From contig OZ250173.1 of assembly GCA_965238075.1 (NCBI GenBank), forward strand, positions 1,088,001-1,152,000: a stretch of 64,000 nt of DNA, given 5' to 3'. This document shows positions 27,562 through 36,620 of the stretch, piece by piece; within the stretch, counting starts at the first letter, position 1, and the number at the start of each line of letters is the position of its first letter. The position numbers and the translations under genes are program-made. Below the pieces are notes generated by a model that was not told the DNA's origin, made no database searches, and worked only from the letters and a program-made list of their open reading frames with translations. The DNA is from Candidatus Entotheonellaceae bacterium. GTDB taxonomy: Bacteria; Tectomicrobia; Entotheonellia; Entotheonellales; Entotheonellaceae.

Positions 27562-27631
27562 GTGGATATGCCTTGCCGAGGTGTCGCTCAGAGGAGTGAC
27601 GGATGAGATGAAGAAGCGAGGGGAATATGGA

Positions 27632-27704
27632 TAGCCCCAACGGGACTCGAACCCGTGTCTTCGGCGTGAGAGGCCGAGATCCTGGACCGCTAGACGATAG
27701 GGCC
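27632..27704 (-). tRNA. tRNA-Glu(CTC)
   Basis: GGCCCTATCGTCTAGCGGTCCAGGA, anticodon arm TCGGC-CTCTCAC-GCCGA, GGTTCGAGTCC; followed by TCCA rather than a direct CCA. Confidence 0.95.
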
Positions 27705-27716
27705 ACGTGCCGGAAT

Positions 27717-27790
27717 TGGCTGGGGAACTAGGATTCGAACCTAGATAGCCAGATCCAGAGTCTGGAGTACTGCCGTTGTACGATTCCCCA
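27717..27790 (-). tRNA. tRNA-Gln(CTG), CCA encoded
   Basis: TGGGGAATCGTACAACGGCAGTAC, anticodon arm CCAGA-CTCTGGA-TCTGG, GGTTCGAATCC, ends CCCCAGCCA. Confidence 0.96.
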
Positions 27791-27813
27791 TCCGGTCCGT
27801 AAAGCGATTGCGA

Positions 27814-27843
27814 AAGGTACAGCGACTGTTCGCATCAGGTCAA
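27814..27843 (-). promoter_or_regulatory. Putative promoter of the tRNA-Gln/Glu pair
   Basis: Minus strand TTGACC-18 bp-TACCTT. Confidence 0.45.
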
Positions 27844-27893
27844 GAAAAAAATCGTATTAAACGGCTCGGCGATCGGACATGCCGAGACGGCCT

Positions 27894-30422
27894 TTAATCG
27901 GGGGACGCTTGACCGCCGTGCGAAGCTGGATAATGGGTGAGAATTTCATACGTCGAGCCGTCGGTGCTGACGGTGACGGCGCCATGGACGTCGATGCGCC
28001 ACACCCTGACCTGCTGTTCGATCAGGGTGCTCAACACGCGCGGGTGAGGGTGGCCGTAGGGGTTGCCGGCGCCGAGCGAGATGATGCCGTCGCGGGGCCG
28101 CACGTGCCGCACGAAGCCGGGCAGGGTGGAGGTTTTACTGCCGTGATGCGGGACCTGCATGACGTCGGCGCGCAAGTCGTCGCGGTGGGCCACCAGCCAG
28201 TGCTCGGCGGCATGTTGGATGTCGCCGGTCAGCAAAATACGAACCTCCCCATATTGCAGCAGCATGACGAGTGAGCGGTCGTTTTCCGACTTGGGGTTCC
28301 AAGGCATGCGGGCTTGTTCGGCGGCGCTCGGTGGCGACAGCACCGTGAGTCGCAGGTCGCCCCAGCGCCATTCGCGCCGGCCGCTCGGGGCCGTGTGGTG
28401 CCGCGTGTTCCAGCGTTCGCCGGCGGCGAGGATGTCGCGCAGGTAGTCGTATCGCATCGGGGTGCCGTTGGTAAGCAGGTGCTCGGTTGGAAACAGCCGC
28501 AGCACGCTCACCAAACCGCGCGCGTGGTTCGGATGCGGGTGGGTCAGGGCCACGAGGTCGAAGCGCCGGATGTAGCGATCCCAGAGCACCGGGGCGATGA
28601 CGCGGGCGCCGACGTCAAAACGCCCGTCGTAAGTGCCGCCGCCGTCGATCAGCAGATTGTGATTACCGGGCGCCTGCACCAAAATCGCGTCGCCCGTGCC
28701 GACGTCCAAAAAGGTGACGCGTAGCCGATCGCTGCGGGTTTCCAGGACCTGCCAACTCGCGCCCAGCACCACCACTAGGGCACAGGCGCCGGCATACGTC
28801 AACCGTTTCGGCCAACGCCCGGCGAACACAAGACTGGCCAGTGCGCCGTAATAGGCCACGATCATCAAGGCCGAGGGCGAGGCAAGATGGAGCTGCGCGT
28901 TCGGCAGGCCGGCGACCAGATCCGTCAGGTTGACGAGCCACGAGATCGGATAGGCAAGAGCGCTAAAGACAACGGGCGCTGCGTTGGGCCACAACACCAA
29001 CAGGCCGAGGGCCAGCATGCCCGCCGGTACGAGAAGGCCGGCGAGGGGCAGCAGGAGCAGGTTTGTCAGAACGCCGAAGGTCGGCACCGTGTGGAACGCC
29101 TGCATCAGGATGGGCAGCGTGCCGAGGTAGGCCGCCACGCTTGCCGTGGCATACGTCAGCAGGTAGCGACGGAGGCGCTGCCCCCTGCTTGGCGGCGTTG
29201 GGTGCGGTTTCAGGACGGCGGCAGTCGCCAGCAGGATGGCGGCCACCGCGGCAAAAGACAGCCGAAAGCCTACGTCGGCGAAGGCCCACGGATCGACAAA
29301 GACGATGAGCACGGCTGCCAGCACCAGGGCATAGCGGGCGTCGCTGCGCCGTTCGATACACAAGGCCAGCAGATAGCTGCCGACCATCAGCGCGGCGCGC
29401 AGGGTGGGCACGCGCCAGCCGACCAGGGAACAGTACAGCAGTACCGGCGGCAGGCTGAGCATGGCAGCGAAGGGCGTCGGGCGCCAGCCGGGCAGCCGGG
29501 CGCGCGGCAGGCGGCTGCGCACCGTGCGCAACAGCTGCCGCCAGCCGAATAACGTGGCCGCCGCCATGAAGCCCACGTGCAGCCCCGAAACGACCAGCAG
29601 ATGCGCCACCCCGGCGGCGCGAAAATCGGTCTGGACGTCCGCCGGCAGCGAGCCCTTGTGGCCGAGTACGATGGCCAGGAAAACCGCATCGTACGGCGCC
29701 GGCAGACGCCTGGATACCTCAGCGCGCAGCTTTTGCCGCCAGCCTTCCAGGGCGCGCGCCAGACGGAAACCGTCTGGCCGGCGCAGCAGATGCAGCCGCT
29801 CCGGGTTCGTGACGCCACCCACTGCATGAATGCCCCGCCGTTGCATCAGGCCCCGGAAGTCGAACGCCCCCGGATTGCCCGCGGTGCGTGGACGATGCAG
29901 CCGCAGCCGGTCCACTCGTACGACGTCGCCGGGCAGATACGGCAGGCTGTCCGCGTGCACGTTGATGCGGATCAGCCCGCTGACCGCCTCCCACGGCTGC
30001 TCCAAACGCTGCAAACGGTGCAGGCGCAGGTACACGAACTCTCGGTCACCGCGCGGCACCACGGCACGGTCAACGACGCCCTCGACGTGCCAGCGCTCGG
30101 GTTGCTCCGACAACTTGTGCGACACGTGCTCAGGCGGCAACGGCAAGCCGTGCCAGCCGAGATGCAGAGAGGTCAGTACCAAGCCGAGAAACGCCACGCG
30201 GCAGCACCGCCGCGTGTCAACGCAGGGCCAGCGGGGCAAAAGCCCCAACCCCACCGCTGCCAACACGCCGACGACCAACGGGACGGGAAGACGGATCACC
30301 GCGTTAACAGCGCTGCCGCCCAGCAGCCCCGCCGCCAGGCAGAGCAGCGGCCGCTCCCACCCGCGGGCCGCGCAGTCTTCCAGGCGCTGCATGGCAGCGG
30401 CTACCGTTCGACGGTCTAGCAT
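27894..30422 (-). CDS. comEC: DNA uptake competence protein ComEC/Rec2
   Basis: HLLVVSGLHVG, GFRLSF, FLDVGTGDA, THPHPNH, HHGS, NPYGHP. Confidence 0.95.
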   Translation of the reverse strand: MLDRRTVAAAMQRLEDCAARGWERPLLCLAAGLLGGSAVNAVIRLPVPLVVGVLAAVGLGLLPRWPCVDTRRCCRVAFLGLVLTSLHLGWHGLPLPPEHVSHKLSEQPERWHVEGVVDRAVVPRGDREFVYLRLHRLQRLEQPWEAVSGLIRINVHADSLPYLPGDVVRVDRLRLHRPRTAGNPGAFDFRGLMQRRGIHAVGGVTNPERLHLLRRPDGFRLARALEGWRQKLRAEVSRRLPAPYDAVFLAIVLGHKGSLPADVQTDFRAAGVAHLLVVSGLHVGFMAAATLFGWRQLLRTVRSRLPRARLPGWRPTPFAAMLSLPPVLLYCSLVGWRVPTLRAALMVGSYLLALCIERRSDARYALVLAAVLIVFVDPWAFADVGFRLSFAAVAAILLATAAVLKPHPTPPSRGQRLRRYLLTYATASVAAYLGTLPILMQAFHTVPTFGVLTNLLLLPLAGLLVPAGMLALGLLVLWPNAAPVVFSALAYPISWLVNLTDLVAGLPNAQLHLASPSALMIVAYYGALASLVFAGRWPKRLTYAGACALVVVLGASWQVLETRSDRLRVTFLDVGTGDAILVQAPGNHNLLIDGGGTYDGRFDVGARVIAPVLWDRYIRRFDLVALTHPHPNHARGLVSVLRLFPTEHLLTNGTPMRYDYLRDILAAGERWNTRHHTAPSGRREWRWGDLRLTVLSPPSAAEQARMPWNPKSENDRSLVMLLQYGEVRILLTGDIQHAAEHWLVAHRDDLRADVMQVPHHGSKTSTLPGFVRHVRPRDGIISLGAGNPYGHPHPRVLSTLIEQQVRVWRIDVHGAVTVSTDGSTYEILTHYPASHGGQASPD

Positions 30423-30463
30423 GGTACGTTCATGGCCACGAGGGTCTCGGGCGAGGGGTTATC

Positions 30464-30492
30464 TTGACGGCTTTGGGCACGCATTATATGAT
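30464..30492 (+). promoter_or_regulatory. sigma70 promoter of the aspS operon
   Basis: TTGACG-17 bp-TATGAT. Confidence 0.7.
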
Positions 30493-30594
30493 TCTTCGCT
30501 TTCCATAACCCAATGATTTTTCTCTCTGAACATTCCTGAAACCAGTAGTGCTTTGGCGCCCGCCGAAATGCTATCTCAACAGACGGAGGCAGTG

Positions 30595-32376
30595 GTGAAG
30601 CAGTTGGACCCTCTCGGCTCGATGCGTCGTACCCACTACTGCGGCATGTTGCGCCCGGAGCATGTCGGGGCGGAAGTTACCCTGTGCGGTTGGGTACACC
30701 GTCGGCGGGATCATGGGGGCGTGGTTTTCATCGATCTGCGGGACCGCAGCGGCGTGGCGCAGGTGGTGTTCAAGCCGGACGCCGCACCCGTCGCGCACGA
30801 CAAGGCAAGCCGCCTGCGGGCCGAGTTCGTCATGGTCGCTAGCGGGCGGCTGGAGCGGCGCGAGAACGAGGCCATCAACCCCAAATTGCCCACCGGAGAG
30901 GTGGAGCTGATCGCTTCCAACCTGCGCATCCTGAACACCGCCACCACCCCGCCCTTCCCTATCGAGGACGACGCTGCGGTGGACGAGGCGTTGCGCCTGC
31001 GGCACCGTGTGCACGACCTGCGGCGGCCGCTTATGCAGGCGCGCCTCAAGACCCGGCACCACTTGCTGCAATCCGTCCGCGCCGCCTGCAGCGACATGGG
31101 CCTGTACGAAATCGAAACCCCCATCCTGAACCGCTCGACGCCGGAGGGCGCGCGAGATTTTCTGGTTCCCAGCCGCATCTATCCGGGCAGTTTCTATGCC
31201 CTGCCGCAGTCACCGCAGATCATTAAACAGCTTTTGATGATCGCCGGGTTTGACGGCTATTTTCAGATTGCCCGCTGCTTCCGCGACGAGGACCAACGCG
31301 CCGACCGCCAGCTCGAGTTCGCGCAGATCGACATCGAGATGTCGTTCGTGGGCGTCGATGACGTGCTGCAGGTGCTCGAAGAATTGACCGTGCGGGCGTT
31401 TCGCGACGTGTGCGGCGTCGAGTTGCCGCGCCCGTTTCCACGCTACGGCTTTGCCGACGTGCAGGCGCGCTACGGAACCGACCGCCCCGACACGCGCTTC
31501 GGGCTCGAATTGGTCGACCTGTCGGACATCCTCGTCAACAGCGATTTCAACGTTTTCGCGCAGGCCGTGCGCAAGGGCGGCATCGTCAAGGCGCTGCCGG
31601 TGCCGAACGCCGAAGCCGTGTCGCGTAGTGAGCTGGACCGGCTGATCGAGCGCGTACAGGACTGGGGCGCCAAGGGCATGGCATGGATTCGTGTCGCCGC
31701 TGACGGCACGTGGCAATCTCCCATTGCCAAGTACCTGGACGATGCCGAGCAGCAACAGATTACCGAGCGCGCCGGCCTGCGTCCCGGGCATCTGCTGCTG
31801 TTCATCGCCGACCGCCCTGCCCTTGCCAATGACGTTCTGAGCCGCCTGCGCCTCGAACTCGGTAACCGCCTGGGTCGCGGTGACGGACGCGATTGGGATG
31901 CGCTCTTCGTCGTCGACTTCCCGTTGTTCGAGGAAACCGACAACGGTCAGTTGACCTACATGCACATGCCGTTCGTCGCCCCATTGGAGGACGACGTCGA
32001 CCTGCTCGCCGGCGACCCCCTGAAGGTACGTGCCACGCATTACGACTTGATAATTAACGGCGTCGAAATGGGCTCCGGCAGCCTGCGCAACTACCGCAGC
32101 GACGTGCAGCTCAAAATCCTGGAACTGCTGGGTTACGATGAGGCCGAGGCCCGCGGGCGCTTCGGCTTTCTGCTCGATGCCCTCGACGCCGGGGCGCCGC
32201 CGCACGGCGGCTTCGCCTTCGGCTTCGACCGCCTCTGCCTGCTGCTCGCCGGCGGCGACAGCCTGCGCGACGTCATTGCCTTCCCCAAGACACAGCGTGC
32301 CCAGGACCTGTTCATGCAATCTCCCGCCGGAGTGGACGCCGGGCAATTGCGCGAACTCGGCCTGCGGGTGCAGTGA
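30595..32376 (+). CDS. aspS: Aspartate--tRNA ligase
   Basis: RTHYCG, FIDLRD, STPEGARDFLVPSR, CFRDED, GAPPHGG, VIAFPKT; GGAGG RBS favours GTG 30595. Confidence 0.96.
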   Translation: MKQLDPLGSMRRTHYCGMLRPEHVGAEVTLCGWVHRRRDHGGVVFIDLRDRSGVAQVVFKPDAAPVAHDKASRLRAEFVMVASGRLERRENEAINPKLPTGEVELIASNLRILNTATTPPFPIEDDAAVDEALRLRHRVHDLRRPLMQARLKTRHHLLQSVRAACSDMGLYEIETPILNRSTPEGARDFLVPSRIYPGSFYALPQSPQIIKQLLMIAGFDGYFQIARCFRDEDQRADRQLEFAQIDIEMSFVGVDDVLQVLEELTVRAFRDVCGVELPRPFPRYGFADVQARYGTDRPDTRFGLELVDLSDILVNSDFNVFAQAVRKGGIVKALPVPNAEAVSRSELDRLIERVQDWGAKGMAWIRVAADGTWQSPIAKYLDDAEQQQITERAGLRPGHLLLFIADRPALANDVLSRLRLELGNRLGRGDGRDWDALFVVDFPLFEETDNGQLTYMHMPFVAPLEDDVDLLAGDPLKVRATHYDLIINGVEMGSGSLRNYRSDVQLKILELLGYDEAEARGRFGFLLDALDAGAPPHGGFAFGFDRLCLLLAGGDSLRDVIAFPKTQRAQDLFMQSPAGVDAGQLRELGLRVQ

Positions 32377-32384
32377 GGGCCGCC

Positions 32385-33275
32385 ATGCGCTGCGGATTCA
32401 TCAGCATCATCGGCGAGCCCAACGTCGGCAAATCGACGCTCCTCAACACGGTGATCGGCACCAAGCTCGCCATCGTCACGCCCAAGCCGCAAACCACGCG
32501 GCACCGCATCCTGGGGGTGAAGAATCTTCCCGACGCGCAACTGGTGTTCCTCGACACGCCGGGCATCCATCGCGGCAAGACCCGCCTGAGCCGTTTCATG
32601 ATGCAGGCCGTCGACGAAGCGTTGATCGACCCGCAGGTCGTCCTGTACATGACCGATGCCAATCGCTCACCGTATCCCGACCTGGCGTTCCTGCGCCGCC
32701 ACCTGCGTCAGCCGGACGTGACGGTGTTCTGGCTCCTCAACAAGACCGACCGTATGGCGACGGCGCAGCTCCTGCCGCTGATTGACGACTTTCCCGACAA
32801 AGACGCCTTCGCCGAAGTTCTGCCGTTGTCCGCCTTGCGCGGCGACAACGTGGGGGCGCTGATTGACTGCCTGGTGCGCTACCTGCCCGAGGGTCCGGCG
32901 CATTTCCCGCCGGACATGCCGACGGACCGCGACGAGCGTTTTCTCATCGCCGAACTGATCCGCGAGCAGGTGATGCTGCGCACCCACGAAGAGGTGCCCT
33001 ATGCCGTCGCCGTCGAGGTCGAGGAATTCCGGGAACGGCGCGACGGCGGTGTCGAAATCGAGGCCAACGTGATGGTGGAAAAGGCATCGCAAAAGGGCAT
33101 CCTGGTGGGTCGCCAGGGGCAGATGATCAAGGCCATCGGCACCCAGGCGCGCCGGGCGATCGGCGGGCTGCTGCACTGCCCGGTGCGGCTGCATCTGGTG
33201 GTGCGCGTACGGCGCAACTGGAAGGAGCACGCAGGAACGCTGCGAACCCTGGGATTCGGCGAGATGCGAGGCTGA
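32385..33275 (+). CDS. era: GTPase Era
   Basis: GEPNVGKS, QTTR, DTPG, NKTD, EEVPY, KH domain. Confidence 0.95.
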   Translation: MRCGFISIIGEPNVGKSTLLNTVIGTKLAIVTPKPQTTRHRILGVKNLPDAQLVFLDTPGIHRGKTRLSRFMMQAVDEALIDPQVVLYMTDANRSPYPDLAFLRRHLRQPDVTVFWLLNKTDRMATAQLLPLIDDFPDKDAFAEVLPLSALRGDNVGALIDCLVRYLPEGPAHFPPDMPTDRDERFLIAELIREQVMLRTHEEVPYAVAVEVEEFRERRDGGVEIEANVMVEKASQKGILVGRQGQMIKAIGTQARRAIGGLLHCPVRLHLVVRVRRNWKEHAGTLRTLGFGEMRG

Positions 33276-33278
33276 AGG

Positions 33279-34076
33279 GTGGCGTTATACCGTAGCGACG
33301 CTTTCGTGTTGCGCACGTACAAGCTCGGGGAATCCGACCAGATTGTAGTGCTGTTTACGCGGGATTTCGGTAAGCTGCGCGTCGTGGCCCACCGGAATCG
33401 CCGCGGCCACAGCCGCACTGCTAGTTATTACCAACCGCTGACGCGGTTGCACGTCATCGCCTACGGGCGCCCGACGCGTTCCCTTTACCATACCCACAGT
33501 GTCGACATCGCGCAGGCGTTTCGCGTTCTGCACGAGGATTTCAACCTGCTGAGCTGCGGCCTCTATATGACCGAGCTCATCGACATCAGCACGCAGGACC
33601 GGCAACCCGCTCCCGAGCTCTTCGCGCTGTTTGACGAGGCTCTGGAGGCATTGGCGGGGGCTGGGCAGGTGCCACAGCGAACGCCAGCGAGCGTATTAAC
33701 AACCAGACGACACGAGCGCCAGCGAGTGACGCCGCCGATGGTCCTGCGTCACTTTGAAATCTCCCTGCTGACGCTCAGCGGCTATGCTCTGCAACTTAGC
33801 GAGTGCGCCCACTGCGGCGGGAAGTTGCCACCCGGCGCCTGCGGCTACAACGCGCGCGCCGGCGGCCTGGTTTGCGGGACTTGCGCCGCCACCCTCCACA
33901 CCCTGAAGGTTGGCCGCGCCGCTTGCGGCTACCTGCGCGGCATGATGGGCCATATTCCCTTGCCGGACACACTACCCGACACCGCCGCCCAACAGGAGAT
34001 GGAACGGCTGTTGCACCTCCACCTGACCACCTGCCTGGGCCGCGAAATCAAGTCGTACCCCTTTCTGTATCTGTAG
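33279..34076 (+). CDS. recO: DNA repair protein RecO with a ~20-aa in-frame insertion
   Basis: LGESDQIVVLFTRDFGK, CAHCG...CGTC zinc finger, REIKS; follows era. Confidence 0.9.
   Translation: MALYRSDAFVLRTYKLGESDQIVVLFTRDFGKLRVVAHRNRRGHSRTASYYQPLTRLHVIAYGRPTRSLYHTHSVDIAQAFRVLHEDFNLLSCGLYMTELIDISTQDRQPAPELFALFDEALEALAGAGQVPQRTPASVLTTRRHERQRVTPPMVLRHFEISLLTLSGYALQLSECAHCGGKLPPGACGYNARAGGLVCGTCAATLHTLKVGRAACGYLRGMMGHIPLPDTLPDTAAQQEMERLLHLHLTTCLGREIKSYPFLYL
33671..33731 (+). repeat. Double GA-hairpin repeat inside recO
   Basis: First 30 nt match 46148-46177 at 26/30 positions. Confidence 0.7.
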
Positions 34077-34183
34077 GTCTTACCGCCCGCATATCTGGCT
34101 TTTCATCCACACCTTTATATTGTATATTTCGCACCCAGTTTTGATTGGACAGCCACATGCAAGCCGATCTGTGAAGGAGCCCT

Positions 34184-35920
34184 GTGGAGGCTTATAAGGA
34201 AGCCATTGCCGAGTGTCTCACCGAGTCCCTAGGGCAGCCCACCGAGACCATCGTCCCCATGCTGCGCATTCCCCCCGAAGCCGCTTGGGGAGATTTCGCC
34301 TTTCCGTGCTTCACCCTTGCCAAGGCTTGGCGCCAGGCGCCGCAACAAATCGCCGCTCAACTCGCTCAGAAACTCACCCTCGCGGCCCCGGTTGCCGCCG
34401 TAGCCGCCCATGGGCCTTACCTCAATTTCACGCTGGATGACGACATTCTCAGCCGCGAGGTGCTGCAGGCCATTGCCCGCCAAGGGGAACGCTACGGCTG
34501 CGGGGACGAGGGACGCGGCAAGAAGGTAGTGATCGATTACTCCAGCCCGAACATCGCCAAGGAACTGGCCTTTCATCACATCCGCTCGACCATGATCGGA
34601 CACGCCCTGAAACAGATTCTGGCAGCGCGCGGCTACAGGGTCGAGGGCGATAACCACCTGGGCGATTGGGGCACGCCATTTGGGCTGCTCATCGCTGCCT
34701 ACGAGCGCTTTGGCTGGGACGATGCGGCGGATGTCGAGGACATCGTGCAGCTCAACGCCCTGTATGTGCGAGCGCGTAATGAAGCCAAAGCCGATGCCGA
34801 CTTCGCCGCCACAGGCCGTCGCTGGTTCCAACGCCTGGAGGCCGGCGACCCGCAGGCACGCAAGCGTTGGCGCTGGTTCGTCGATGTGTCGCTGACCGAG
34901 TTTGACAAAGTTTACGACCTGCTCGGCGTGTCGTTTGAGCACACCCTGGGCGAGTCGTTTTTCGAACCGTACATGGACGACGCCATTGCCGAATTGCAGG
35001 CGCGCGGCTTGGTGACCAAAAGCCAGGGCGCCCTGGTGGTTGATCTGTCGGCCTACGACATGCCGCCGTGTTTGCTCAAAAAACAGGATGGCGCTACCCT
35101 TTACAGCACTCGCGACTTGGCGACGGTGCTCTACCGCAGGCGCGAGTGGCGCTTTGATACCTGCCTGTACGTCGTGGACATGGGGCAGAGCCTGCACTTT
35201 ACACAGTTGTTCAAGGTGCTGGATCTCGCCGGTTTCGAATGGGCGGCGAATTGCCATCACATTCCCTTCGGCCTTGTTCTGCAACGCAACCCGGAGAGCG
35301 GCAAGTGGGAAAAGGGTTCCACCCGACAAGGCAACGCCTCCCTGCTCAAGACCGTCCTGGAAGCGGCCATCCGCATGGCGCGCGACAAGATGGCGGTGAG
35401 CAATCCGGATCTGCCTGATGCCGAGTTGGTGGCGCGGCAGGTCGGCGTTGGGGCAGTGATCTTCAACGACCTCAAGAACCGCCGGACACGCGACGTGAAG
35501 TTCGATCAGGAAGCCATTCTCAACCCGCAGGGAGAAACCGGACCGTACATGCAGTACACGCAAGCGCGCTGTGCCAGCGTGCTGGCGACAGCGCCGGAAA
35601 CCGCCGGCGTCGAGCCGTTGTACGAGTTGTTGCAACAGCCGGAAGAACGTGCCTTGGTACGCAAACTCGCCGCCTATCCCGACGCCGTGGCGGAAGCGGC
35701 GCGAACGTGGGAGCCCTCGGTAGTGGCGCAGCACCTGCTCGCTATTGCCGCTGATTTCAACAGCTATTGGACGCGTGGCAACAAGGACCCCGGTCTGCGT
35801 ATTCTGCGGCCGGACGCCGCGGACCTGACGGCGGCTCGGGCAGCTCTGACCGCCGCGGTGCAAGCGGTCCTTTGTAACGGCTTGAAGCTTCTGGGTGTTC
35901 CTACGCCTGACGCGATGTAA
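34184..35920 (+). CDS. argS: Arginine--tRNA ligase
   Basis: GDFAFPCF, DYSSPNIAK, HLGDWGT, YSTRDLA, GETGPYMQY. Confidence 0.95.
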   Translation: MEAYKEAIAECLTESLGQPTETIVPMLRIPPEAAWGDFAFPCFTLAKAWRQAPQQIAAQLAQKLTLAAPVAAVAAHGPYLNFTLDDDILSREVLQAIARQGERYGCGDEGRGKKVVIDYSSPNIAKELAFHHIRSTMIGHALKQILAARGYRVEGDNHLGDWGTPFGLLIAAYERFGWDDAADVEDIVQLNALYVRARNEAKADADFAATGRRWFQRLEAGDPQARKRWRWFVDVSLTEFDKVYDLLGVSFEHTLGESFFEPYMDDAIAELQARGLVTKSQGALVVDLSAYDMPPCLLKKQDGATLYSTRDLATVLYRRREWRFDTCLYVVDMGQSLHFTQLFKVLDLAGFEWAANCHHIPFGLVLQRNPESGKWEKGSTRQGNASLLKTVLEAAIRMARDKMAVSNPDLPDAELVARQVGVGAVIFNDLKNRRTRDVKFDQEAILNPQGETGPYMQYTQARCASVLATAPETAGVEPLYELLQQPEERALVRKLAAYPDAVAEAARTWEPSVVAQHLLAIAADFNSYWTRGNKDPGLRILRPDAADLTAARAALTAAVQAVLCNGLKLLGVPTPDAM

Positions 35921-35946
35921 CCCTCTCACTCTAACTGGAGACTGGC

Positions 35947-36600
35947 ATGGGAGAACGTACGACCGAGCAGGTGCCCCGAAGCGGGTGGCGTCCCGGGTTC
36001 TATATGAAGCCAAAGCACGTCGGGCTGGTGTTTTGCGTGTCGCTGCTCGGGTGTATGGTGGCATTCGGCGCCGGATTTATTGCCGGCATGGGATACAAGG
36101 CCAACGAGCAGATCAGCCCCTACGTTGTCAAAAGGCAGCAGGCCGTCAAGTCTCCAGGGCAAGAGAAGGTTTCGAGCGCTGCATGGGAAGAAGGATCGCT
36201 GACGTTTTACGATACGTTGATAAAAAACGAGCCGGCCGAAATGATCACAGCGCCAGAACCGACCCCAGCTTCAGTTCCGCCGGCTCTGCGTCTTGTGGCG
36301 GAAAGAACGGACCTGGACCCGCGGGCAGCGGACTCAGCAAACACGTCCTCTCTGGGTACCAATGAGTCAGTGGTGGAAACTTATAGCGTCCAAGTCGCAA
36401 GCTTTCTCAAGCCGGAGCGAGCCGAGCGCCTTATCAAGGAATTAACCAAACAAGGCTACCACGCCTACCTCCACCCATTTGAGGCCCCGGGTAAACCGTT
36501 GTGGTATCGGGTCAAAGTGGGCAAATTCGCCGACCGTGACACGGCGAACCTGGCGCTGCAGAAACTTGGGACGCCGGACGCAATGATCACGAGGAACTGA
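35947..36600 (+). CDS. SPOR domain protein (FtsN/DedD-like)
   Basis: N-terminal TM, LTFYDTL, YSVQVASF...WYRVKVG; usual position after argS. Confidence 0.85.
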   Translation: MGERTTEQVPRSGWRPGFYMKPKHVGLVFCVSLLGCMVAFGAGFIAGMGYKANEQISPYVVKRQQAVKSPGQEKVSSAAWEEGSLTFYDTLIKNEPAEMITAPEPTPASVPPALRLVAERTDLDPRAADSANTSSLGTNESVVETYSVQVASFLKPERAERLIKELTKQGYHAYLHPFEAPGKPLWYRVKVGKFADRDTANLALQKLGTPDAMITRN

Positions 36601-36620
36601 GGCCGCCAGGAGTTGAGTTT

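Noticed and set aside
34229-36064. 611-aa antisense ORF (likewise 40873..42558, 54019..55422, 7911..9023)
   Set aside because: Shadow ORFs opposite well-supported genes, with no recognisable motifs
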